Of a stretch of DNA of 60,000 bases, positions 36,958 through 52,295 are shown in pieces. Numbering within the stretch: the first letter of the stretch is position 1; each line of letters starts with the position of its first letter. Origin of the DNA: Lytechinus pictus (lineage: Eukaryota); assembly GCF_037042905.1 (NCBI RefSeq), contig NC_087249.1, forward strand, positions 6,512,001 through 6,572,000, written 5' to 3'. A program made the position numbers and the translations under genes. The notes below the pieces were generated by a model that did no database searches, had not been told where the DNA came from, and saw only the letters and a program-made list of their open reading frames with translations.

Positions 36958-37393
36958 TCAAACTTCAACCACCGAATCGTCCAGTTTGGCGTCAGTTTTC
37001 TTGTTGTATTTCCCCTTTTTCTTCTGTTTCTTTTCCTTGGATCCTCGTTTCTTTTTTATCTTCTCCTGGGGAGGCGGTGCCTCTGGTTGCTTCTCCTTGC
37101 TTTCCGATGCCGCAGAGGAGGAGGAGGGAGCGGGTGCTGCTTCCACCTCGTCCTGTCCCAGGAGCATGGAGTAGCGGGCCGGGGGACGCTTCTTCTGCTT
37201 CGGTGCACGGTTCTTGTTCAGATGACTCAGCTTGGAAGGGGAGGCAACCGTGTCGAAGGACACCCGATCATGATGGATGCCGGAGTCCAAGTCATCAACG
37301 CTGGATGCGTCCAGATCGTCCGCACTGAAGTTATCATCCTCACTGGCTATAGGACCAACGTTCAGAGTTGAAAGGTCAGCCGTCAGATCACGC
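36958..37393 (-). CDS. MYO9: Myo9 last coding exon
   Basis: (ct)n-tag| RDLTADLSTL...SEDD...KLSHLNKNRAPKQKKRPPAR...DDSVVEV then TGA. Confidence 0.85.
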
Positions 37394-40300
37394 CTAGAAG
37401 AGAGAGAGAGAACAGATATTTGTTTTAAAAAGGAAATTTATGATAAACAGGCATGGAAAGGATCTGTCTTTCTGTTATACAATTGATTTGCAATTGACCT
37501 ACCTTTGGTCTGTAACCTGTGATTACTGAAATCTGGAATTCACATAAGCTTTGTAGAGGGATTTAAAGACAACTTGGTTCTAATTGTTTGCAGGATTAAA
37601 TATAATAACATGTATTCAACATGAATATGGAAAGAAACATCTTTTACACACTATCATATATCACAAGTATGAAATCTAGCAAAGCAATTTAAGAGAAATT
37701 CAAAATCAGGAACAGTGATTATTTTCAGAGATCTTCAAGAATAACAACTGGAATGTCTAGCAAAGTCATTCTGGGGCCTGTTTCATAAAGAGATACAGCT
37801 ATGGTAACTATGGTAACACAGCTCAACAGCCAATCACGATCAATATTTCCATGGAAGTTAAAATAATGCCAAACTTACAATAGTTTTCATGAAAAAGGTC
37901 TCAGATCTAAGATACATTGTAATAATGAAAGAAGAAATACAACATACCACATGTACATGGGAATGTAATATTTTTCACTTAAAATGAAATGGAATGGCAT
38001 GGATATACTGACAAAAATGATGAAAATTTGAAATAGCAAAGTCCTTCGACAGTAATAGAGAATTTCCATGGGGATTTATGAAATCAAAAAAGATCTTTGT
38101 ACTCCATCCCACTCCCATCCCTCCCCTTATGAAAATTCCAATAAAGTGTATACCAATGAAAAGATCCAAAATAATCCACAGCATAGACATACATATAGTT
38201 TTCTATCCATGCCATTTTCTGCATAATATATACATATATTATTATACTTCCAAAGCCCTTTTAAAATAAGCTATTTAAGATATCAACTTTTATAATCTCT
38301 TGAATGAAATAATAACACAAACTCTGAAATGAATCTCTCTTTATTCTGAAAAACGTGTGAAAAGTTATACCTCCACCAAACCGTATATGTATTACAATCA
38401 GGGACAGCACCATCTATTTTTTTTTATAAGGGAAGCAAGACAATCTAAAAATGATGTCACTTCTTTTTCTTGATCGATTTATGGACTCTCCTGTATTATA
38501 GAGCTACTGAACATGTCTCATGCTAATTTTTTTTAATTTCTTCTTCCTTCTTTTTTTTCCTCCCTTTTAAAAAAAAATCTTTTCTTTCTTCTTCTTCTTT
38601 CCTCTTTTTTATGTAAGTTTTTACTAAATCATGGGGGGGGGGGGGGGGCTATCCCTGTACACAATGCCAATGCAAAATTTCCCCAACTTTTCAACATGGA
38701 GCATGCAGTAAAAAGTAATTTTTGAAAATGTAGGAAAATCATTCAATCAAAAGCTCAGACTGGTTAAAATTCAATTTCTTTCAAACAAATTCAGAAAAGG
38801 CGGTAAGTCGGCCAATGGGAAATGTTTTTGTATTTACCCAATACTTCACAGACTGAAACTTGTATCTACATGTACATGCAATACCCACATGACTGAGGAA
38901 AAAAATCAAATGAGGTCAGTGTAAAGCCATAAACAAAAAGAAAAGTGAAAGTTCATTATAAATCTATTTTTCCCAACAAACATGCACAGCGTAAACCACT
39001 CCAAGTAGAAATATAATGCTTTACCACAAATTTTGTTTGTTTCCTCAAAGAATGAACATATTTATCATGCAAGCATTGTACATTAAGTATATGATATGAC
39101 TTTGTAATACAGCTACACAACATGTACTTGACAAAACTACTCATATCGTTTGAGCAATAGATGTGTTTTTTCCCCTTTAAATTTCAAATCAGTGGAAGAG
39201 TGAAAAAAGTTACCATTGTTGCATCCAGCTTAATGAGCTAAGTCAATATAAAGACAACAACACACGGTAAAAATTATAATCATCTTATTTGTGAACCCAG
39301 CATACATTTCACAATAAGACTAATTGGTTATTAATAGCACAGGTTTGAAACTGGAGATATTTATTAAGAGTATTCAGATATGAATGTACTTGCCCTGCCC
39401 TTTAAGTACACTCCAACAAAAAAATGATTTTATTAAATATATGAAAGTGTTTTTTTAAGAAGCGTAATGTGAATATTTCACCAAAATCAGACATAAATTA
39501 AGAAAGCTATGCCATAATAAAGTTATGCTTATTTTCACACAACAGCTTTATGCAAAACATCCTTGGGTAATATGGAAATGTTGTAAACTCACTATTTCTT
39601 TTGCATATTATCATATCAAATACATATTTTATAAAAATTTGTACAGATTGGACAAGGAAGGATCTATATTTATTGAACCACAGTCAGTTGCAACAACAGA
39701 AATCCTGCTTATTCAAAGAGGAATCAAATCTTGCTCCAATTCAAGAGGAAGTACAGGTAATTAAGATATTTCATGAAGTAAAATAGAAACAGAAATTGTG
39801 AGTAGGCAATGTCATCGGTTGGAATTCCCTCATTTGCATACCAACAAGGATGTGCATATACATGTTTGGAGAAATGGAGCACAACTTTGAAAATGTCACA
39901 ACTTTCTTATTTCACATTAAAATGTCAATGAAATTTAGAGCCTTATGTTTGTTTGATTTTTCTCTATTTTTACAATTGCTTTGTTGTGGACTTGCTCCTT
40001 TAAAAAACAGAAATTCTCGAATGGCAATCCATCATGATTGTGTCAGGACTTTCTGCAACTTTGGGTTATTATTTCTAAAACCTTGACTCAATTTGTTTGT
40101 TTCAAACTTTGCTCAAAAAATAAAAAGGACCCATCATTTAGCATGGGTTTCGAAAATCACAGAAGTTGAGAATTCCATTAAAGTAGCCATTATATATCAA
40201 GGTGTATTTATCTGAACTTTGATAATAGGTGGTTACAGACCGCCTCGAAGTTCATAAGTTCCAGGTATTTTTTTATAGGGAATTTCGCCCTGATCAAGTT

Positions 40301-43300
40301 CACCCTGATCAGAAAGTACTAGGTAATTTTGGCAGTGTGAAAGCAAATTACGCGTAATATCCCCCAAGAAAATAGGAACTAGTCAAAATTACAAGAACTT
40401 TTACAGGGATATTTCCAAGGTTGCAGGTATTTTGGCAGTGTGAAAGGGTTTTAAACTTGCTTAGCCCAGCATGTAGTTTGACACGGGCACCGCGGGTGGC
40501 TGCTTAGATTGCAATTTTAAACCTTGCGCCTATGGGAACTTTCAGAACGTTCCCCAAAGGGTACGTTTCAGGGCGGTGTGAATGCAAAATAATTACTAGT
40601 ATTGAGTATTTTCGAGAGCCTGAAAAAGTTCTCGTAATTCAAGGGGGATTCTTGCGATCAAGGCGGTTTGAAACCACCTAATGTTTCCACTATGAAAGTA
40701 CAGCCACTATGGGTCACTTCCAGATGGAGATCCAAATGACACAGATTTGACAAACATCCTCTTCATTATCGGTGCCATCCAGAGAGATAACACATCTCTT
40801 GGTAATCTCACTAAAACAGCTGACTTGGATGGCCCATTACTATTGCTGTCAAAAGTGGGAACACCCTATAAATTATACTCCGAAACATATGAGTTACAAT
40901 TTCTGTGCTTTTAATTTAAATATGGTAGCAGTCCTATTTGCGGTCACACCAAAAGTGAACAGACCGTTGATTTTTACAGATCACAACCTACATACAACAT
41001 GTTCAATAAATTACTTAGAGGTCAAGTCCACCTCAGAAAAATGTTGATTTGAATCAACAGAGAAAAATCTGACAAGCATAATGCTGAAAATTTCCTTAAA
41101 AATCGGATGTAAAATAAGAAAGTTATGACACTTAAAGTTTCGCTTATTTTTCACAAAATAGATATGCACAATTTAATCATATGCAACTGAGAGAATCAAT
41201 GTCCCTCACTCACTATTTCCTTTGTTTTTTATTGTTTGAATTGTACAAAAATGTCACTTTTTACAGATTTGACAATAAGAAGCAACTTACTAAACCATAA
41301 TATGTAAACAATGCTAATTCCACATGTTCAGGGAGAAATGAAACTTTGTTTCACATGACAATGGGGAGAAAATTAGAATATTTCATATAATACAGTACAA
41401 AAGAAAATATTGAGTGTGTGATGTCATCAGATCCCTTATTTGCATACCGACCGGGATGTGCATATATTTGTTTTGGGAAATTAAGCAAAATTTTAAAATG
41501 TCATAACTTTCTTATTTTACATCCAATTTTGATGAAATTTTCAGCATTATGCTTGTTGGATTTTTCTCTTTTTATTCAAATCAACTTGTTGTAGGGGTGC
41601 ACTTGTCCTTTAAGTGAATGAGATCAGTGCATGGTTGTTAAATTCATGTTAACATTGCAGACAGAAATGTTTAGCAAATCAATAATTAAAAGCAAAAAAA
41701 GTAATGTTCATTTTGTGTATTTTACAATACATGTACCTTCAAACAAACAACATGCAAAATATGTTAGCAATAGCAAATGGGTTTAATAGGGGGTTAAATG
41801 TAGAAAAATGGAAACCTTTAAAACATAATTTTTGACATAAACCACAACTACAGTCAACCTTAGAAAATTTATTTTGTTACAAACTTTTCTAAACTTTGCT
41901 TACTAAAGCAAAAGGGGAATAAAAAGGTGTTGTCCAGTGTTCAAGTCACATTATTTTCAAGCTGGTGTAAAACTGTAGCAGCACTCATTATTTCATCCAA
42001 TGATTTTTTTTTTTCAGTCATGCAAGTCAAATGTCAGGAATGTAAAAAAATGCACTTTATATGTTTGTCATTTTGCCTCCGACGAAGATTCTGCTAGGAT
42101 CGAAAGCTTAGGCCCCTTTTTGACTTTATAATTTACTCCATTGGCTCTCTTTTATTAGATAAGCAGTTTTCAGCAGCTTCTTTTTGCCTTTTAGGTAAAA
42201 GTTATTCAATGAGCACCTAAGGGTAGGCTGACAGTAATCATGGTTTGTTAAAGATGGAACAAGTTTCATCATTCCAAAGGTTTAGAACAACACATAGCCC
42301 CTAAAATAAAGCAAGAGCACTGCAAAAATAAGAAAGAACTCACTTTTCCCTCTGTAATGTCATCATCTGTTCCGTGAGCACGTTCTCCAGTTCATGGCCT
42401 CCTTCCGACGAGTTGATACTCTCAGCCCCTACCGAGCCCGTCGAGGGCGGGTGACCCGAGTCCGCTGACGGGTCCACAACAACTTTGATCTGCATTTCAG
42501 GGGAGGGGGGAGGAATAGAATGCGTAGAACCGTGATGTTTAGTCTGTTGACGTTGTTTCAACTTATTGCCTTTGTTCAATTTCCGATTGCCGCTTTTGTT
42601 CGGGGCTTTCTTGAGGACCTTATGGTCCGTGCTCTCGTCGTCTGTCAGACAGATCTCCTCGGAGTTGTTGACATTCTCGTTGGCCGTCTCTTCAACCTTG
42701 CCGTTGGCCTGATTGCCGACCTCCCCATTGACCTTTGAACTCGACTTCTTAGGTTTTTTGTGTTTACTGCCAGAAGAACCCATGGTTACTGTTTAATCCA
42801 CTCTCTGTATATTGCACTCAATGACCACACAGTGATATTACACAATGCTTTTCTGATTATTTTTCCTCATAAAAAAAATCACATTGTTGGGGGAACGTCT
42901 TGATTAATTATTTCCCCAACTCCATTACACACTCTACATAAAGAATCTTTTGCGAAGTGAAAGCGGCAAAACCAGTTGTACGAATTCCAAATATGTCCTT
43001 TATCCTCAGAATGCAACTTCATAAGCATTGATGGATATAATGATATTCCAAGATCATCAATCTCATAGAAAGAGTTATAACAATGACTCCATCACGAGGC
43101 TAGCTCAAATAGAAACAGATAGATTCAGAATAAGCTTGCGTCGAACAAGCAAAAGCTCCTGGCATGTGACACAATCCTCTACATGATAGATGTAATTCTT
43201 TGGAAGTCTTCCAGCAGTAAACCAACGACCTTCCATACAGTATTCTCCCACATGACATGCACAAGAGGTCTAAACTGATGATCAGCCAGTCAGCCACCCA

Positions 43301-46300
43301 CACTCGATTACTACCACTGAGTGCTTAGACCATCACCAACGATGAAACACTGAATCATATAAAATGCCGCCTCGCTTAATACCTTGTCCTACTAGTACTA
43401 CCAGATAATATTTCCTCTCTTCGGCACAACACATCCTTCCTAAAGTGAAGGTCACATGACCGGACTATTATTTGCACATTTTCTCTAGATCTGATGATGG
43501 TTAGGCAGGCCTATATCGCATTGTGATAGCGCACACATCCTCTTCCTGTTGTCGTTGCATCGACTGGTAACGGTATTAAACACACCTACGTACAAGGTAC
43601 AGTAGTCCTCTGGATTGAATTCATGCGTTCTTGGGGAGTACACCAAATTACAAGGATGATGGCATGCCCCCCTCCTCCCCCCTCCACCACCAGCACACAA
43701 ACACCCTTACACACACACACACAATGCATCATTCTTATTCATAACTAACAACTACAATACAAAATAAAATTGAAACCACTTTCTCTTTACCCCCCCCCCC
43801 CCCACCTGCTACCCACTCTCTTTCTCCCTCCCCCCTACCCCTTGATCCCCCTCTCTCTCTCTTTCTCTCCATATTTTTTGTTTTCTTTCTCTTTCTACTC
43901 ACCCTTCTACCTCCCCCTACATCCATTTTTATTCTAATATCTCCCCCCTTCTTCACAATCCTCCTTCTTTTATATTCAACTAAAATGTAAATAGTCAGTG
44001 TTTGTACAACTTAACGTTAAATTCCTTATGAAAGCTTAAACACTTTTTCTTATTCGTTGTTTTCCTCAATTTATACTTTCTGTCCCAGTTTGGATAATAA
44101 GATTACGTACATTGCAGAGTTCTTTTCGCTGGTCTCACATTCCCCACCATTTCCTGTTATGCCCCTTTCTATTGTTGATGTACTAACAAGGAAATGGCCG
44201 CTTTCTCTTTTTTTTTAGACAGACACTGCCCAATGCTAGACATGTGGGATCAAGCAATTTATGAACAGATATTTTTCAGATTTTCACTGACAAAATCCTT
44301 GCATCTGATTGGCTCACAGCAAATTTTCATATATAAAGTGAAAATCACTGATAATATTCATGAAAATGGTCCCCATGGAGAGCATTTCATGGTGAAGAGA
44401 TTTGTTGGTGATTCTCACTGAAAATTGTTATAAGCTACTGAAATCTTTGCATCTGATTGGCTAAGAGAAGATAAGTCCATGTAAATCATGGACAAGACTT
44501 TTCATGAAATGCTCCCCCATGCATGAATCCATACAAAGTTGATCAAACTCCATATTCAGAAGGAGTGTATCTGTACAAAGTTAGCATTTTATAAAACACA
44601 GATAATATAATCTGTGCAACCATACTACATGTATGTGATGTTGGCATCAGGTTATGCATGACTTTACAACTGGCTGGTGTATGGCAAGCCATGTTGGTGC
44701 ATTGGTCACTTTCAATCAAATTATCTAACATTTGATGAATGCACTTAGAAAAAAAAATACACAGACGTCTTTATTACTATTGTGTTCAGTATATTATTTG
44801 CCACATTTTAGATCACATTCTAATAATTACCCAGCTATAAAAACCCACCTCTTTCAAAATAAACCAAGTTAGTTTTAATCTATGATTTGATATTCTTTGA
44901 TGTTTATAATGTATTTATAAATGTTTAATTATTAAATCTACAATAACCATATTTCCCATTTCCCTCAGGAAGAGAGACCTGTAGGTGTTATGCATCTATT
45001 AAGAATTATTATTATTCTCATAAATATTTTCAAACTTTGCTTAAACTTGAGAAAAAAAACATTTGGGCTCCCATTTTGGCACCTCATATTCCATTCCTTC
45101 AAGTCATTCATGCATGTAACTTTATGGACAGTGTTATGAAATAGCCCCCAAGTATTATAATAGATACATGCACCCTTCTCAGATCTTCAGCCAAATTAAT
45201 TGCAATATCAGGAAATAAATATCATAACAGCTTTTGCTTTCTCTCTTAAAGAAGATGTATTGAAAGTAAAAATGTGAAATTAGAATTACCAACAATTAAC
45301 TTGATGCTATGTATCTGCACTTATTCAATATCGCATTTGAATTGATGGTAAAACATAATTATGTTCCTTGAAATCGGGGATATTATTTACTTGATTTCAA
45401 GGAAATAGAATGTGTATACAACAGAAACTAAAACATATCTAATTCCAATGTAGAAGCTAGTATGGCTGTCCTGACTACCTGGGAATGTCATTAAACATGT
45501 GGCCTCAGAAATACGGAAAACATACAAGGTCTGGTTCGGAAATTATACTTTTATGGTAATGTCTTTAAAAATGCAAAGTATCCCATGCAACTCTCTGGCT
45601 TGCCATAAATGGGCATGCATAAAGGGGAAATGACTGGCAAAAGAGAGTTTCTTAACATCACACATACCTCCACCATTGCCAAATCTAAAATATATTACTC
45701 AAACTTTTCAGATTACAGTTTTGAAGACAAAATGAATCAAAACACTAAACAGATTAGATTATCATCACTCCTATATGATGCGAGCCAAGAGTAAATTGAT
45801 TAATTTTTTGGCTGCTGAAGGTTGTGTGAGGGTGACACAACATAGCTTTTGGTTCAGAATAATGTAAAGATAAATATGAAGGTTTATTTAGTTTTGGAGG
45901 TGAAGTTTTATGTTTGATTTTCCAATGGACGAATTGTTGCAGGAGCAAATGTCATGGAACCAGTGTGAGAATGGGATTGTTTTAATGAAATTGACCTCTA
46001 TAACCTTGATGTTTTGTATTTTGACCTTGTTACTCCCCCACCATCCAAAGATATTCAAGGCCATGGATGCCCAACATGTATTGAATGGCCTCAATTCCCT
46101 CTTTCATTTGCCTTTTATACCTTTAAAATGTCCCCCATTTATAACATTATTTCAATCAAATCAATGTAATAATAAAAAAAATTGAGTTCTTTTGAAAAGT
46201 CAATTGCCAAATCAAGGCCTGAGAATGCACACGTATCCATGGACATCACTTATGAAAACTTTCATGAGCAATTAGGCATTTTTGTTGTTGTTGTTGGGAT

Positions 46301-49300
46301 GGGGGCTTATCGCAATTAAGAGTGGAAATTATTGACCATTTTTTTAATGACATAATCCCCAGAAAATAGGCACAACTCTGCAAACTAAATGAAACCCTGA
46401 GTAATTATCAGGAGAAATCAGATGTATATGCTGGTATCAAGCAGGATGGGTAGTACAAAGCCAGGAAAAGGAAAGAAAAACATTCTTATCTGATAGATCC
46501 AAACTACTGTATCTATATTGATCAACGAATGGCAAAATGTTGAAGAACTTTACAAGAGGCAATGTCCATGATTTTGCATTAAATACAGTTATTTGATCAC
46601 TTCAGCTTTCTAGGAGTTTATTCCTTGAATTAGAGCAAAAAAGTATTATTTTCACAAATAAATTAGTATAATTAATTCACATTAAATAAAATATATGATT
46701 TTAGTGTAATTTACCTATGCAAGTGCATAGATTATGCCATTCTCTACTTCCGTAGCTGAGATCTTGATGCCCCCCCCCCCTCCAGAATTCAAGCTTTCAA
46801 AATAGCCCAGGTACATGTAAGTGAGGGTTAAGGCTGTTTTAGACATGGTAAAACAAGCAAAGCTATTTTAAAAATGTGTACAAAGTCAATGAGATACATG
46901 ACTGAAGTACATAAATAAAAATTATGCAAGAGTTAACAACCTTTTCTCCTGATGCAAAGGCTACCAAAAATGTGGAACAACAAAGTTTAAAAAAAAAAGT
47001 ATAATGAAAAATAAAACTAAGTATGCAAAACAATTTTATATCCAGAGTGGGGTAACTACTGGTATCATTCAACATGACTCATGATGTAATAATGAAATCA
47101 TTATGACATCATGTGACATGAGTCATAAGACCATAATGTTATCATGATGTCATGAAAATTTCCATTGAAATAAATTAGACTTGAAGGGTATGATACAACA
47201 TGTATTAGAATAAATGGTGCGATTTGTCTCACCGCATACAGTATAAACACCATGAAAATGTTGCTGAACTTTGCCATATCATATCATATCAAAGTATTTA
47301 AACTTTCAAATGCTAAAGAATGCAGAATTTTCTAATTCACCCAGACCATCAGGACCATTTTGCTATTACATGTAGATAGCTTAACTTTCAAAACAAACAT
47401 GGAAATTAACAACATTGATTAATTTACTCTCAGGACATCAAATATCAGAATTTCAGTAAGGCTTGGAAACAAATCTCTAAATTGAAAGATAAGGGACCCG
47501 TTTCATAAAGGACTTGCAACTGTTGTAACTTCGCCATTATGGCAACTACCATGGTAACCTTGATTGTGATTGGCTGCTGAACCCTGTTACCATGGTAGTT
47601 GCCATTATGGCAAAGTTACAACAGTTGCAAGTCCTTAATGAAATGGGCCCAAGAAGTTTTACGCAACAATCCAAAGTCCCCACAAAATAAAAGTTTGTGA
47701 GGATGGATCACAAATATGCAAGAACATTTCCCATTGTTGATCAGTCAGTGTTTTGAACAAAATGTGCCAACAACATGGATCTTGGTTATTGTCATGTACA
47801 TAAAGCAATTGATTGCTAACCTCCCATGTTACAGAGACCTGATCTACATTTAAAAGAGGATGCTAATGTTTAAAACAATTATCAATTATTTTCCGAGCTG
47901 GAAAGTGACAAATTTGGTGGAAGAAAAAGTATTTTAACCTCTCCTGCAATAGGAATGGGGAGTAAAACATGTATTATCTTGCGAATAACAACAAACAAAT
48001 ACCCATGAAATATTCATAGACATACTGGGTGCAATTAGTGATAAAATAGTGTAAAGCCAGTGTTATTCAATTTGTTCGAAACAAAATATTCCCAGATTCC
48101 AGTTACTAAGCCACGAAAGTATCTCTGGAAATAGAAGTTAAGATTTAAAGGAAATACAATACAATGGTATTCATATTTTCAACCCTAAATCCAGGATATG
48201 AGTATCAACTAATTTAGAAAATGATGATCTCATGGTGCAATCGAATATACATGTACAACCACAAAGTTAGTTTCTTTTTTCCCAAAGTTCGAAAACAAAG
48301 TTGATTGTACCATATTTACAACACTGTTTCAAGTACGAGCAGAAAATTAAATGAAATCTAACCTCAAAATTAGTCATCAAATCACATGTTGGTCCCCCAA
48401 AATAAAAACAATCAGATGGTGCTTGTCTATTACTACAATATGAGGGAGTTTCAGAATCAGTAATCAAAGTGCATTTCTTGGAATTCTGAGTTAACCACAA
48501 CATAATTACATTGTATGTATCCCATAACAATGCAGAAAATGAATAGCACTGTGTCATCATGGGATATGAACAAAGTTATCAATGATGTCATTATTTATCA
48601 ATTTCCTGTCATCAAGACAATAATAAGTACCTTGTCAAATGCATCCTGCTACGTACAATAAGCGCTATGCATCTTTTCATAGCTGCTTTCCCGCTTATTG
48701 TTTTCTCTATGATGAAATGTGAAAACCATGGTGTTCAACTGAAGTTTGTGTAAATGACAGATGTATTTCATGTTTAAAGGACAGTCATTTCTGGCACTTT
48801 CTTCCTTCTATCCATTGCATAGGCTCACTCAGACATTGCAAAATATCACTGAAGGACATCCTGCTAGGCGATATATCAGGCAAGACAGCAGTGTTCAAAC
48901 TGGCACTTGCTTCCTTTTGGCCATCATCAAGTCTCATTCACCCAAGGCACAAAATATCAACAACACACCACCGCAACAATTTCATGTACAAAAGTCATTG
49001 AGATTTTAAAAACACGATTTTAGGGGTAAAAAAACACACATTTTAGGGGTAAAAACTGGGAACCAATCAGATTCTTGGAAAAGGGTTGGCTGAAAATAGC
49101 CTGTACGGAGTAGTGGAGTCAAACTCATGACATCATTCAACGTGGCTCATGATGTAATTAATGAGTTCATCAAGAAATCATATAAAACATGCTATGACAC
49201 TATGAAATTGATTTACAGTGATATCACCACCTTTTCCACACTAGACTTATAATTTATAAATTCTTACCTCTAAAAAGTGTACAATAAGCATTTTTTTTCA

Positions 49301-51416
49301 TTAACACAAGGGGGGTGATATGTCTTGACATATTTAACATTGAAATGTTTTGCTGAACATAGTTTTACCACATGTGAATGAGGATTAAGGCAGAGTAACT
49401 GTAAAGTGTATGAATGGTGTATACTTACATGTAGTGAGTTGCGTAGATCTGTTAGATGCATTGAAGCAGAGTTGAATGCTCGTTCTAGAGTTGATATATC
49501 ATGCAGAGCCCTTTTCATCTTCAACATTTTCTCATGGATTATTATCTCAAGACATCTACAAAGCAAATCAGAGGCATACATATATTTATTCTGATATTGG
49601 AGATAAAACAACCGATTTGGTGAATAATCTATTTGAACTGTTTAGCTGTCACCTATTATCGATCTTTGAATACCCTCTCCCCTCTCATATACACACACAA
49701 TCATGATATTATTACAAATAAAAGCTGTAATGGTTAGGATGATTTTGTGTGTATAGTGCAGATGATTCTTAGCAAAAATTTGGCCAATCTTTTACTAATA
49801 TGGGGATTTTAATTGCTTAACAGCAAAAACCATTTCTTAGGTGCGGTTATAAACAAACTTTGGACGTCAATTTGAAACAATTTTTTCAACTATTTAAAAT
49901 CACATCAAGGGACTATTGCTTAAAAGTTTTTACTATAAATGGTAGTTTTGCCATCCAATGGTAACTACCATGGTAACAATGTTCAACGGCCAATCAAAAT
50001 CAAGGATTCCATGGCAGTTACCAAAGTGACTTTATAGTAACAGGGCCCGAGAGGAAACTTGATCTTTGCATTGATACTCACTGTGCTTGTTTCTCTACAT
50101 CTTGCAACGATTCCCAGGCGTTGCTGGCTTTATTACTCTTCAAGATGCACGGAGCAAAGACAATGGCAAGATTACTGGCTGACATCTTATTGGAGTTCTC
50201 GTTCTCCGCGATCCTGAAGGAGGAAGAATCAAGAAGTTGTGATGAAATCACTGACATTAACTTGCTAGATTATGTACCCCTCCCATCTCCAATAATTACT
50301 TTCGGAAATGCTTACCTGTTTCCCTAAGAAGGAATAAAATGGATGCATTTCTGTAGAAAAATACATGTATGTTCAAGTTTGTTGCTATGTGAATATTCAT
50401 GAATTGTAAACATACTCAAAGCATCCTCTTCATTTAATGAGTGAAATCTTTCTTCAACAACATCCAAACTAAGTCTACAAAGAGATATGCTTTTCTCCTT
50501 GACCTTATCATTGAATAAAATGTTTTCAGACTAAGTACAATGGAAAGTCAATAAACTAATGTGAGTAACCAAGAATGCCTATTATACTAACCAATCCATT
50601 ATCTCAACTACTGATATATGCAATTTGATATATTATATGTACCAACTTTTCAAAATGTAACAGTCCTATTGAAAGAAATTGAAATCTTACTTTGGGCAAT
50701 TACACACTAGAAGTATTATTATTTTTGTTGTTGTTATTATTTTGTTTTGGCGTCACCTGTGCCTGGGAGGCGAAAAGCGAAATGAATCACTGTGACCCGC
50801 AGGTCTCTCCTCCCGATATGGTTGATTGGGGGAATGCAGGTGAACCACTACACCTGGGTTTCCCCCTACTCTTATATGAATAATGCAGTGGGTAGTTTAC
50901 ATACTTTTAAAAATCTGACATTTGCTTTATTCTGACATTTTGTGTGAAAAAAAAATCATACTACATCTGATAAAATCTTACTGGTTGGTAGGTATGTGAT
51001 ATAAACTTTTTTTCTTAATTTAGTCTTCAGTTATATTTTTAATCAGGGCAAACAGTTTTCTTGTATTAATACATGTATATGTGTCTCACCTGGCAAGATG
51101 AAATATTAGTCTCTCCAGAGCGTCATGGTTCTCTAGCGGCAGTTTCTCTATACTACTCTGTAATGACTGTAGCTTCTCATGTTTATCAACAATCTCTGTG
51201 GCTCGCAGGAACTCCTCATAGAGCTGATATGTCAATAGAGGCTCTGGCATTTCCCTGAAGAAAGACTTCAAGACCTGTGCAATCACTAATACACTGTAGT
51301 TGTTGAAGTCTATGTTATCAACCTCTGTGGATGTGGAAAAGATATGAATGATGTTGGTTGGTATTCTCATGGTGATCGTCATCATCATCATCATCGTCGT
51401 CATCATCATCATCACC

Positions 51417-51448
<32 letters not shown>

Positions 51449-52243
51449 CACCCTCACAATAATCACCATTAAAGGCATCATTATCATCATTTTCATCATC
51501 ATCACCATCACCATCATCATCATCATCACCCTCACCATAATCATCATCATAATCACCATCATCACCATCATCATCCTCACCATCATCATTTTCATCACCA
51601 TCACCATCATCATCATCATCACCCTCACCATAATCATAATCATCATAATAGGCATCATTATCATTTTCATCATCATAATAATAATAATAATAATACAGGT
51701 ATATTTACCCAGGGAAGCCGCTTCAGTTCCGAAAACTGTTCTCCCAGCGGGCCCTGCTATTATTATTACCCCGGCTTTAGCTGGGCTACCTAGGCGCTCA
51801 AAGCATTGAAGGAATTTCTTCCTACCGGGTACCCATTCATCTCACCTGGGTTGAGTGCAGCACAGTGTGGATAAATTTCTTGCTGAAGGAAATTACGCCA
51901 TGGCTGGGATTCGAACCCACGACCCTCTGTTTCAAAGTCCGAAGACTAATCCACTGGGCCACAACGCTCCACCATATCATCATCATCATCATCACCATCA
52001 CTATCATTATCATCATCAGCAGCAGCAGCAGCACCATCATCATCATCACTATCACTATCATCATCATCATTATCACCATCATCATCATCACCCTCACCAT
52101 CATCACTATCATCATCATCATCACCATTACTATCATCATCAGCAGCAGCAGCAGCAGCACCATCATCATCATCATCACTATCATCATCACCCTCACCATC
52201 ATCATCATATTAAATAGGCATCATTATCATTATCATCATCATC

Positions 52244-52295
<52 letters not shown>

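Noticed and set aside
36928..37486. Plus-strand ORFs overlapping the Myo9 last exon
   Set aside because: Antisense shadows of the real minus-strand exon.
42828..42860. CACAGTG RSS heptamer
   Set aside because: No ACAAAAACC nonamer at 12- or 23-bp spacing, and it is far from RAG1L.
51895..51970. tRNA gene
   Set aside because: The A and B boxes belong to a SINE head that continues into a core domain and (TTA)n tail.
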